A stretch of DNA of 64,000 nucleotides from assembly GCA_036172245.1 (NCBI GenBank), contig JAYWIR010000060.1:186001-250000 (forward strand). Direction: 5' to 3'. This stretch comes from Raillietiella orientalis. Lineage: Eukaryota. The translations under genes were made by a program, and so were the position numbers. This document shows positions 24,193-35,580 of the stretch, piece after piece; within the stretch, counting starts at the first letter, position 1, and each line of letters begins with the position of its first letter. The notes below the pieces were generated by a model. That model saw only the letters and a program-made list of their open reading frames with translations, was not told the origin of the DNA and did no database searches.

Positions 24193-25747
24193 TCATTTCT
24201 GTAAAGAAAAGTAAACACTTTACAAACAGAAGTCCTGCTCTTACCTTTTTTGAACCTGCTGCTCCCACATTCGCTTTCTTTGTACCTCTCACTTTCTTCA
24301 TCCGGTTCTTCCTTTCCTTACGTTGCTTCCGATTAGTTTTTACGTGTTCTGCTAATCCTTGCTAACAAGAAATAAGGGGATACTGATAGCGCACACGACA
24401 CAAAACAACACTTACTCGTACAAGACGATGTTTGGGCTCAAACTTTTTGGCAAAGTGTAAACTATCGTATATAAGAGCAAACCCTGTTGTCTTCCCTCCA
24501 CCAAACTGGGTGCGGAAACCAAAGCAGAAAACGACATCAGGGGTAGTTTTGTAACTTTTTGCGAGTTTTTCTCGCACTTCCTTTTTTGAGACAGAAGGCT
24601 GTCTTGGATGCAAAATGTCAACAATCTGGACAAGGGAATCAGGCACTTCGTTCTCAACTACTAAACACTTTGGTGAATTTTTAAACTTAAATCCAAAAAC
24701 ACTGCATGTAATATTAAACGGAAGACAATTTCAGAAGCATAGAATTTCTTACTACATTACATACCATTTGTTTACGACACAACAAACGATTTGTCATGAA
24801 CTTTCGAGTTCTGAGAGTCACTGCTGATCCATCCTAATAAGTAAACAAAAAACTATTAGAAACTGTTCTACACATTCATCCACCCACATGCACTACAAAG
24901 AAAACCGATATTGCGATTTTTAAGAAGACTGCATCAAAGTTTTTGATTCTGAGTCACACTTGACAATTTCAAATACATGTGCAACATCATGAGGCAAAAC
25001 AATCATTCTTAAAGTTATTCATTTTTATGCAAATGAGTGCACAAGATTTCATTTCTAAGGCTTGACTCAAATGTAAAAAGTAAGTAATTTTGACATCAAG
25101 CCATTGAAATCACAAGTGATCTGCTGGTACATTGGGGAGAAACTGAACATAAACTTATGCATGAATTTACATCTTTTAAAGTATCCAAATAGATGAGGTA
25201 GCCAGTTGGGAATTAATGAACATGAATTGATCAACTCCAGGGATGTAATTACTACGTGGAAGTGCAATTCGCAGTTTGGATGCTAAATGTGCAAAGGTAA
25301 AAAAGTTCCAACCCAGCTACAAACTTGATCTACTTTTAAAAAACCGATCTGCTTTTAAAGTTCTGATACCACTTGAATTTGAAATAAAACGGTATATTGA
25401 AAACAATTACACTCATGCACACTTGCACTTTTGGGCCACACTGGGGCCAACAACAACTTTTACATTATCGGGGAGAATTTAACATGGAAAGTTATTATAA
25501 GGTAATGGTGAATATCTTTAAACAAAAATAAAATCTTTCACGGTTTTAATAATTGCAATCTTAAATCTGGCACTGAAAATCATTGTGGAAAATTGCTTCT
25601 CTGTAAAGATTCTGTCTGATCATGGTAATAAGTAAATTCCTGAAAAAACTGTTTTGGGGAGAATGGGAACATGCATATATTCGAAAATCTAAAAATTATT
25701 CCTAGAGACTAGACAATGCACTTTGGTTTGTCGATGTTACTTACCAT
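24193..25747 (-). CDS. RPS24: 40S ribosomal protein S24 (eS24); 134 aa, 5 exons
   Basis: Minus-strand exons: 25747-25745 (ATG only, followed by gtaagt), 24833-24765 ([23 protein letters not shown]), 24625-24416 ([39 protein letters not shown]), 24361-24245 ([29 protein letters not shown]) and 24198-24193 (AAA TGA). All introns are phase 0 GT-AG. Confidence 0.97.
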
Positions 25748-26187
25748 TTTAAAAGCCGCGTTAACTAATTTTTGTTTATGAAGATTTTTGATCCTCACGT
25801 TACACGTGTGTACCGCCTCTAGTTAGTAAATCATCCACTATTGCCAGCATACTATTTATAAATTGACAATGACGGGAATCTTGCCGATTCGAACCTTAGC
25901 TCTTTATATATCTAATCCAAAAAGCTTCTAATATACGAAATGAGAATTTTGTGAAATTCAGCCATATGGAAAATACGAAATATAGAACATGTCACTATGA
26001 ACATTATGGTGGGTTTTATTCGTTAACTCATATTTATTAGTTAAAAAATATCCATTAGAATCCTGGAATACATTGTTCTTATACCTGTAAGGGAATACTG
26101 AATCTTAGATAATATCATCTTGTATAATTGCAAATATCTGCATTATTACAAAATTATTTTTTTATATCCGGCGGACTTTGATGCTGC

Positions 26188-26212
26188 TGTGTGTGTGTGT
26201 GTGTGTGTGTGT
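26188..26212. repeat. (TG)n microsatellite
   Basis: Direct inspection. Confidence 0.9.
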
Positions 26213-26639
26213 TGGGGGAGGGGGGATTTTCTTGATCAAGATAGGAATCAAAACAAAGCTCCTACAGGGATTATGGATTCAATATACCATCTTTGTCCAT
26301 CTTATCTGGTCTCCTATCTTCCATTATCTTTTCCTCTCCTTTCTGACATCAGATGAGAATAATTTTAATATTTTACGTATTCGATCTTGCAAATGTATTT
26401 ATTTTCTTATTTAAAATATGAAATACCAATGCAGTTAATCTTACTAGTGAATACCAATCCAGGAGAAAAATTTGAGAATTGAAAAATCTTATTCTAGGGG
26501 CCTTTCTTCGCTAGTAGCTAGACTCAAGAAATGCACCTCAATATCAACCTGAAATCTGTGTTCTGGAATCCTTGAAAAACTTCATGTTCAGTAGGAGTAC
26601 AAAATGCATCTTAGTGATGTACTGTTCGACTTTATCTTT

Positions 26640-29125
26640 TGTCTTAGAACTCAGACATTTGAAATCATGAAACGTAATTTTTGCGAGCACCCTTGAAGAT
26701 TATACATGGAAAGTATTCAGAATAATGCAACAAACGGGAACGAAGTAAAACAGATCAAGTCTGAAAATCATGCGGGGACCACGGTTCCAGAATTAAAAAA
26801 TGATGGATTCAAACACAGATTCAGAAATCGGAAAATCAACCAAAGCATGAACTGTGAACCCTCAACGATAGCCGTTGGAAAAAATAAAGCCTCTGTATCG
26901 ATTGAGAGTATCTTGGAAATGGAGTTCTTCCTTTTTGTGTGATTGCATGTAGTGAGTGTCGAACTTCAGCGAGGGTCCACAGGTACACAGTTAATTACTG
27001 TTGGAGAAATAAACTTTCGAGAAAGCGGGTTATGAACAGATATTCTGAAGGGAGCACTAAAACTTGCCTCGAGGCTTTCATCCGAGCTTAGCATAATGGA
27101 AAGAACCGTCGGAAATTTTTCGAAAACATGCATGTGGGAAATCCTTATTTTTCAAATCCATCTGCGATTTTAATGATGTGACACTCAGTAGCGAAGTCTA
27201 CGGTCGTTCTTTTTCAAGAGTGCAGCTTGGCCGGATAAAGACAGTTCTGAAGAGGATGCTAGGAAGTTCTTTTCTCGGCTGTATGGGTAAGTGATAGTCG
27301 TGATGCTCTCAATTTTACTACTTATCTTCCCATCGTTGGAAAGATGAGTAGCAACAGGATTCAAAGGCAGGGAGGAAGTTTGAGAGAAGGGATTTCAACG
27401 TGCAGACATTTTTAGGGAATAATGTTAATAAACCATGCATTGAACTTGGAAAGGGAAATAGAGGTGCTGAAATGGCACGCCCGGATTCTTAATGCGAAAG
27501 GTTTTCGTCTTGCGAGTTGAGAGAAAACGCGGTTTGCTCTACTAAGATGTGACGGCAGAAACTCCGGCAAATGTACGGGGTGCGAATAGCCTAAAAAATG
27601 AAAATTCCACTGCTACGAATTTTGTAGGTACAAATTTGTAACTAAGCCGGAGAATCAAAGCTTTTTTTTCTTCTTTTCATATTAGATGGATGAGAAATCG
27701 TGCCTTGCTTTGCCCAGCCTGAAAGAAAAGCAACAAGAGGAGAATCACTATGGATACGGTTACGCAAGCAAATGGTAGGGAATGCCAAAAGAGGAAGAGA
27801 ATCCATGAGAATGCTCGATTCTGATACAGTAGGTTCACCACATCCTACCTCCCAAAATTGCTTCGTGCGGACATATGTGATTTTTTAGGACAAACTTTGT
27901 TGCCAACAAGTGTGATGCAGGTGTGCGAACGCAAACACTACCAGGAAAAATGAGCGCCACTTGACTGCAGCGATGCCGAGCTTTTCTCCGTGACCTGCTG
28001 GTTCTCGAAGCAAGAGGTCATTAGAGCAAATCAGTCCATTCACAACGCACTGCCCGGTGGTCAGGTTTTCTACTGCCAACACATGCAACTGACATTGCTG
28101 GCTTTCGAAAATAATGTCACCAACGATATGAGCTAATGGGCAGAATTTTCAGCTGAAAGGCCGAATTCATTTGAAATGCCTGAAGCAACGCTAGGCAAGG
28201 CGCTCCATCGCTCACCTGTGGCTGCAAGAGCATCTCTCTATGACACTAATAACATTACAGACCTTGGCTGATTTATCTATTTTAGAGTTTAGCTGATCCT
28301 CACAGTAATGCGGATCCCAACAAAAGGAATGTGTTATGGGTACGGACAGATTTAGATTTTTAGATCAGTCAAAGTCGTCACAACGTGACTGGACTTCAGA
28401 TTTGGGCATTTGGCTGACCGCAACCCTGTTCAGGTTCGAGCTTCTGCAAGAAGGATGGGTGGAGACCGTTCCTGTAGAAGACGTCAGCAATAAAAGGAGA
28501 CTTTACCCGTGTACCTAAACATCTCACGGAGCACTCTGGTCTCCACACTCTTGGACACGAAGGCATGGTGGATCGGCTGAAGAAGATGCGGTAAATGGGG
28601 TGAGGGCTCAGAAATGGGATTGGATCTATCGGTGCTCCAGCACCTGGCTCTCGGAAAGGAAAGTGAAGACCTCCAATTCGTCACCCGTTCTGTTCGTTCG
28701 AAAGCATATCAGCTGTGTCCTCGAAACGAGCCCGCAAGAAGGATGGCATGCTGGGAAGTGGGCCCTCCTTTCCGTCCTTTTCCCGGACGCAACTCTGTCT
28801 AAGCCCTTGCAGTGGGTTCGTTAGGTCCCTGAGGCTCTGAAAACGAGCTGTTCCGAGCTGCAGGGATCCCTCCACTGCACGCAGACTGGATGAGGGAGCT
28901 GCCGATCTTGACAGGCATACAGCATGGCCGGTCCCGCCACCGGCTAGGCCACCTTCCAGCGAAACGTCGGGGCTCTACCCAGGAATTATGTTGCTACCCG
29001 AAGCATTCGCGGCACGAAACTGCATCAAGTGCAGACCGATGGCTGACCACCTGAGGAGGTGGTCGAGCTTTCTCCATGGTTCAGCGCAGAAGTTGCGGAA
29101 GAGCTGCGGCACGAGGAGACGGAAG
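26640..29125 (+). CDS. Candidate multi-exon gene of unknown product, divergent from RPS24 (exact exon chain not resolved)
   Basis: Non-repetitive mid-GC DNA with + strand donors at 26983, 27287 (gtaagt), 27628, 28340, 28591 and 29126 (gtaaga). Matching acceptors give 50-60 nt introns (26983-27039, 27628-27685, 28340-28399, 28591-28640). One spliced read-through is MVDRLKKMR|TWLSERKVKTSNSSPVLFVRKHISC. No homolog recognised. Confidence 0.4.
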
Positions 29126-29389
29126 GTAAGACAAGTGTTTTGAGTTCAGAAAGACGGATTTCCGATAGTGGAATCATGAAAAAACATCAACAGGAGAAAA
29201 TTTACATCGGTTTCGCTGTAGTGTGCAAAACTAGGTAATCCTAGAATGAAAAAAGTACACCCTGCTTTCCGATCGTCAAGGACCAGAAAGCGAACAGCGC
29301 TCAGTATTCTGACACGGGGATCCTGAGAGCGAATCCGATCCTACGGAATGCCTCGGTGAAGCGACCTTCGAGACTCCGTTGAAAAGTGT

Positions 29390-29860
29390 TAATGGAGCCG
29401 TACCATGGAACTAGTTGGCACATTCCCTCACGGGATTTCCCCTCCAGAGTGTCAAGAAGTCCACTGCTCCCTCCAGGAAGCGACCTTCCAGAAATTCGGA
29501 AGCGTCCCTCCGGGGTTCTCTTCAGGGGGGGGGGGGAAACCGGGAGCGGTTCCCTTACGAGTGCCCTCTGGAGAAGAAATGGGGGATGTCCCCCTCCGAG
29601 GAGAGAATAAGAAAGAGGTTCCCTTCAGAAACAACCAGGGCAAGGGTTTCACTTCGAGATTCTCCTACCAAGGGTAAGAGGAACGGGCCCTTTCACCGAA
29701 GCCTCTCTGGATTGATAGAATGATCCCTCTGGAGTCACTCCCTGCAGCTTGAGGAGTCAACACGCACCCTCGGGTGGCGCGTGCAGCTCTGTGAACCTCC
29801 ATAAGGCGGTTCTTGGGTACTTTGCGAACCAAAAAAAACTCGAAAAAACAAAAAAGGACA
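29390..29860 (+). mobile_element. SINE-like element copy 2 (5'-truncated)
   Basis: Inverted homolog of ~4440-4900 and ~43330-43680 (ggaaaccgggagcggttccc, gagagaataag, cacgcaccctcgggtggcg, actttgcgaacc). It ends in the A-rich tail aaaaaaaactcgaaaaaacaaaaaagg. Confidence 0.7.
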
Positions 29861-29989
29861 GAAGGACGCTGCGACCCCGCGTGTCCCACCCCAAGGACTT
29901 GTGCGCCAGGGACAGCTGCTCGAAATCCCTCCGAAAGAGGCGAAGTGCCCCTCCGCGTGCTGGAACAGTGGCGCCCTTCTCGAGTGGCA

Positions 29990-30560
29990 GGAGCTGGTGG
30001 TATATGGGGGAATTCCCCCATGCAGAACGCGTCTTCACCACTGGACGCTGGGGAGCGTAGACGCTCAGAGTGGGACAGGTGTGTGAAGAAGGAGACCCTC
30101 TCGCACCTTCTGCCGGACTGTGCTGCCTTACGACCCCTCCTAGGTATCCCGGCGGACTGCCCCAGGACATTTTCAGAAGCCTCTTCTTGCGAGGTGCCGC
30201 ACTGCCGCCGCCCGCGTTCCTCGCAGTCCTCCGCTGTCTTCGCGGAATCGCGACGGCCTGGAACGCCAGAAGAGGTCGAAATGGCAGGGCGCGGATCTTC
30301 CTGAGGACCGCCTCGAGAGGACCCCACGTGGGGGAGACACGAACCGAACTTGCCGGCAGCATCCTAAACAGAATGCGGAGGACGCCTGGCAGCGTGCCGT
30401 GATCCCTTCCTCGGTCCCCCACTTTCCTGTGTATAACTTTTCCTCCCCTGTTTTGCTTGCCTATTTTTTTGTTTCGTTTTTTTTTGTTTCCCCTTCCCCC
30501 ACGCTGCCGAAGAGTACGTCGCTAAATTCCACCACACCAATGTATTTTGATCGCTTTATG
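29990..30560 (+). mobile_element. Degenerate 3' end of L1/Tx1-like LINE
   Basis: Remnant zinc knuckle (CVKKETLSHLLPDC) and ggaatcgcgacggcctggaacgccagaagagg, matching 38803-38838, followed by a T-rich 3' UTR like that at 39020-39060. Confidence 0.6.
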
Positions 30561-32059
30561 TAAGAAACTTTCCGGCATAACCGGGTGATACTCATCTCTG
30601 TTAGGGTGCATCAGGGTCGTCATAAGCTCAAGGTGTTGGCCTACTCCGAGGAGGCGATCGGACAAACTTTCTGGAGGGGAGCCGTTCCTTCGCCTCTTTC
30701 CTCAAGCGATGGCAGCCCTTCGCGGTTTCTCTCGGCTTCCCAGGATGGAAGGTCGAATCGATCCTCTCCCACTTTCTGCCACCGGCAGAGAGGCCTTCGT
30801 TCCCGGAAGCCCAGCCTCACGGGACTTCGTCGCCAGTCTAGAAAACGCGGGTTCCAGCAGTCGCGGGGGCGGAGGGGGCAAGGGCAATTTATTTATTTAT
30901 TGTTCTATGCATTTCATTTATATTTCTCGAATTCCGTGATTGCAAGCAGTCATCGTTGCTTGTTGTGCAACGTCAAGGATTCCAATTATCATTTAAGTAA
31001 ATTAATGATCGCGGGAAATGCAGAGTCAACACCACCACCACCTTTTGAGGGAGAATCAAGAACGTGCGTTTCCATGTGCGATCTCGAAACGTGCACAATT
31101 TGCCAAGACACACACGTGGAATGTTCTGGAACGCAGCGAAGGGACATCGGTGCGGTTTCTTGGAAGCGTGGAAAATTCGTCTCGAAATCTCTTCTCTTCG
31201 GCCTCCGGCGATGAGGGTCAAAAATGCGCTGCGCGAAGGTGGCAGCTGGGCGCAGGTTCGCTCGCACAGATGCCAAGGGCACTCTGAAAGCCGCCGGCAA
31301 CTGAGGGCACCAGGCCACCTGGGATGCTGCGGCGCGTCCTTCAACGAGCGCGAGAGGCAGCGGTGTGCCTCGGGGAGCGAGTCTGTCCTGCGACCTCTGG
31401 ACAGGTCGCGAGCGTCCGAGATGCAGCGGTGTGCCTCGGGGAGCGCCTCGATGGCTGCAGCAGTATTGCCGGAGGGAGGTCAGGCGACCCTCACCCGGAT
31501 GCATGCCACCCGGATGCATGAGGAAGCGTGGAGCGTCCTCTGAGAACGGGACACCGGCGTTGGAACCTGCGCGCCGACTGGCAGAGGCCCAGCGAGACCG
31601 TGCGCGTGCTCGGAGGGCCCCACCCCCCCCGCATTCCGCGGCTCCTCCTCTCTCCCCTCCCTAGGCGACGGCGTGGCAGGCGATGGGAGTTCGGTCGCTG
31701 TCCGGCTGGTGCCTCCCTGAGGATGCTGCGCGTCAGGGCTCGCTGCATCTCCCCGGGAGTGCGTGGGCCCCGCCGGGGCAGTCCTCTTGGCGCCTCACAG
31801 GCAAGACTGCCCGGTACCGACGCAGGAGGAGCCCTTCTGGCAACGATGCGGGCAACCTGCCCTGGAGGGACACGACCGCCTGACTGTTCGCGGGGAACAA
31901 GAAGCTGGGGACAGTGTGACTCTGCTTCTTTCCCCGCGAACCCACCCTCGGGGCTGGATCCCCTCCCGGAACCGATCGATCCTCCTGGTCCGGCCCCCCG
32001 GATCCCCTGGCAGTAGGGCCCCATCGCCAGTGGTGGAAGACAGCGCTCAAAGAGTCACT

Positions 32060-32218
32060 ATCGTCATCATCTCCACCATCATTATCGTCGTCGTCGTCGG
32101 CGTCATCAGCAGTAGCAGCAGCATCACCTCCAGCAGCAGCGTCATGGTCGTCATCACTGTCAGCGTCAGCGACAGCGTCATCATGATCATCATCATCAGC
32201 AGCAGAAGCAGCAGCCTT
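32060..32218. repeat. Compound trinucleotide repeat (ATC/GTC/AGC)
   Basis: Mixed tca/tcg/gca triplets over ~160 nt; reads as poly-Asp/Ala on the minus strand. Confidence 0.85.
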
Positions 32219-34324
32219 CCCTGCGCGCGCGGTCGGTGCCACCCCTGAGGGCATGGACAGCACCCTCCGGGGGACTCGAGAAGACGCCGGAAGGTCAAGG
32301 CACCGCGTCGAGGGGTGGCGCAGCAGTGCGGGAGTCCTCGGCAACCTCTTTCGCCGGTAGACCAGCGGTCGTTCCTTCCCGCACCGGAGGGGGTCGCGGC
32401 GAGCGCTGTCCCGCCGGGTGCCAGCGGCAGCGGGGCGGGCGATCAGCTCGCCTCTCTCACGTCCGGATCCGATGCGGAAGGCGATGGCGCTGCGAGAAGG
32501 CGAGTCAGTCCGTGACCCAACTACCCGCGGGTAGTTTTAGCTCCACCATCCTCGTCCGTGCTCCTCGAAGTCCCGTCGTCCTGCGTCGCCACAGGCTCCG
32601 GGGATCCTGGCATTTTACGGGAAGGTGCGGGAGCGCCCCTCTCCCTGCGAATCCCTCGGGTCAGGGCCTTGCTCTCCCCGGCTGAAAAGATCGCTCCTGG
32701 GTGGGGCCCGAAGATGGAACTCCTGGGGCATCCCGACGGACGGGCGGGACTCCCACCGAACTCTGCGGGCGGTGTGGACGCGGCGCCCACTCTTGGAGCT
32801 CCAGGCAACCGCGCTTCCTGGATCGCGGCTGCCCCGGAGGATCACGTGGGTCCGACACTTCGGGAATTCGACAAGAGATGTCGTTCGGCACGCCGGCCGG
32901 TTAGGGTGGACGACTGCCCGTCGTCTGCGCAACGCGTCCGCTCTGCAGCCGACACTCCGGTCCCCTGAGGGCTGGCCGGATGGTGATCCACCCTGCGTCT
33001 CGGGCAGGCGCGCGGATCGCCTCCTTATGGGAGCGGCTGCCTCCGATGCTAGATGGGCAGCCGGCTTGCAGGGTTTCCCCTCTCCCTCCCCATCCCGCGC
33101 CCCCAAGTGAAAGGAGGGGTGGGCCGGACGTGGCGTCTCCATGGTGACCGTCATGTCTTCTCACCCCGGACGCGGCCAGAGTCCGGAGTCACCACCCGGG
33201 ATGGCCGCCATCGGTTACCCCCGCTGCTGCCTGAGTCCTGCGTTTGTCCCCTCGGGGCGCCAACCCGCGACCGTGGCCGTGCAGAGGTCGCGGAAGGCAC
33301 AGCGGGACCCCACCCCGTGGAGGACGTCTACCTTCCCCTCTCCTGTTTGGGCCGCCATCGCGCGCCACCTGCGCAGCAGCTGCTTCCGCAGGGTCCACAA
33401 GTCCGGCGTCCACTGCCGCAGCGTGGTCGGTGCGCCCATGAAGAAGAGGGCCATCGTCAAGGCCAGCCCCCGCCAAGGTCTTCCGCATGGGTGTCGGCGC
33501 TCCGGACGACTGCTCCAGGCACCGGAAGTCGTCGTGTCCACCACGCAAGATGGCGACCGCCGTGGGTGAAGCTCGGGAGAGCAGGGCGCTCTCCGCACGG
33601 CCTTTCTCCCGTGAGCGCCCTCCCATGCCACACCTTGCCGACTCCCTACTCCTCTCTCTTCCTTCCCGGGCTGCAGCCCACATGCTCCTGTTACGCGACC
33701 CCGTGAGCACCTCGGGGCTGATGCGGGAGCAGCACACAGTCGCCCGCAAGTGGATGACCCCCGCGCCGATGGTCCGGCAGAGGGGGTGGCAGCTGCGGGA
33801 GCCGAGACCCCGCCACCCCTCCAGCCAGGTGCATCTCGACGGAGGCCACCGGTGGAAGGGGTCAGGATGCTCGGGGAGAGGCGATTTCCGGCCTCTCCTC
33901 GGCCGGCCCCTCGGCGGCTCCTGCAGCTGGGCCAGTGAGAGAGTTCGCGGGGGTTCGACCCCACTCCCTGTGGGTGTGCAGGGCGTAGGCCCGCTTGGTA
34001 AGAAAAATCCTCACGAACGCGTCCTCTGAATGGGGCATCCCTCACGTGCTCCCGGCGTGCGAGGAAATGCGCGGCCAGGGCGGCCACATACGGCCCGGGC
34101 AGCATCGCGCGTAGCCTCCAGGCGGCTTCTCGCTTCTCCCACGCCTGTTGACACCCCTCGGATCTCCAGAGGGGTTCCTCGGCTTTCGAGTGGGGACGCC
34201 TGTCGTCCAGTGGTCAGCCGAGAAGGGGTCGGGATGGGGTCGACAGCTGGAGGTGCTCCTCCCTCCGGCCGGCCGAGGAAGGACGCCATCCTGCTGGGGG
34301 AGGGACGGCGCCCTCGCCTGGCTC

Positions 34325-35580
34325 CGTTCAAAACGATCCTCAAAACGTGCGCTCATCACGCATGTTGATGTATCAATTACATATGGATTCATGCGCAAAT
34401 TAACGCATGTTCTAAAGATTATATAAGATAAATACTTTAATATACATATTCATATAGAGATTAGTGCACAAATTTATTTTAACACACATTTATTAATATT
34501 GATATTAATTAGCACTCATATTGTTAATGCAATGTGTTTATTATATAGATTAATATGTTTTATAATGATCATAAAACATTAATACGCATGTTTCTTCTTA
34601 TAAAAAATTAATTTGCATATTGATGTACAAGTGAACATATAGATGAATATGCAATTTCACCTTAACATACACATTTATTCATGTAATCAATAATATGCAT
34701 TAATAGATATTATTAAGATATATAGTGAAGATTATAAAAAAAATAAACACACTGGTTGGTTATGTTTATCATGCAAATGTGTATTTGTATATATAATAAG
34801 TATATATTGGATAAAATTATAAATATCGAATTTAAAAAAATAAAAAGCAATGCTGACAATTGAAAATAATTGTAAAAAATGAAAAGGCAAACAAATTAAA
34901 AAAACAACGAAGGAGAAATTTGAGAAATTTGGTATTTCCTTTTCCTGTTCTTTCCGGCACTCGGAAAATGGCGCTTCCTCAACAATTGAGGAATTCTCTT
35001 CTCAGGATTTGCATTGTTCGATAAATGGACATAATTCGATATTTATGTATTCATTTCATATCTATCTATTACGTAAATAAATATGTACTCATAAATAAAC
35101 ACATTCATATTTATAATCTTTAAGATATACCGATAACATATACTAATTATGTTAATAAATGCAACGTGTTAGAATAGATTTGTAAATTAAGCTATATCTA
35201 AATAAGCGTAAAAGGCGTATATATTCATTTTTTATAATCTTTAGAATGTATATTAATCTATATGGTTATTTATATCAATCAAGATATGGACACATATAAT
35301 GAAAATATGTATCAATTTTTATAATCCTTATAACATGAATTTATCTATATACAAATATGTATAATAAACATACTATAACTTGTTTTGATGTCATAGGTGT
35401 TAATAAATATTCATAAATATGAGCGTTAAAATAAATGTATATAAATGTAATCCATAATAAGCACATATATTTATTTTATAATCTTCACAATATCTCTTAA
35501 TCTATATGTAAATTTACATATTTTTGTATACAATAAGCAAATGTATTTCTTGTTTAAGGTCGTACTCGCGATTTCGACGG
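34325..35580 (-). mobile_element. AT-rich MULE/MITE-like element copy B (inverted)
   Basis: Inverted core ttggtatttccttttcct (34929-34946). aaaaatgaaaaggcaaacaaat (34875-34896) is identical to 56597-56618. Ends in ..gcgatttcgac. Confidence 0.7.

Noticed and set aside
24834..25744. Intronic snoRNA in RPS24 intron 1
   Set aside because: No convincing box C/D pair with a terminal stem, nor an H/ACA double hairpin, seen by eye. An Infernal/Rfam scan would be needed.
31357..31445. Repeat-spacer-repeat resembling a CRISPR unit (23-nt repeat, 43-nt spacer)
   Set aside because: Only two repeats, eukaryotic context, no cas genes, and the hairpin is in the spacer rather than the repeat.
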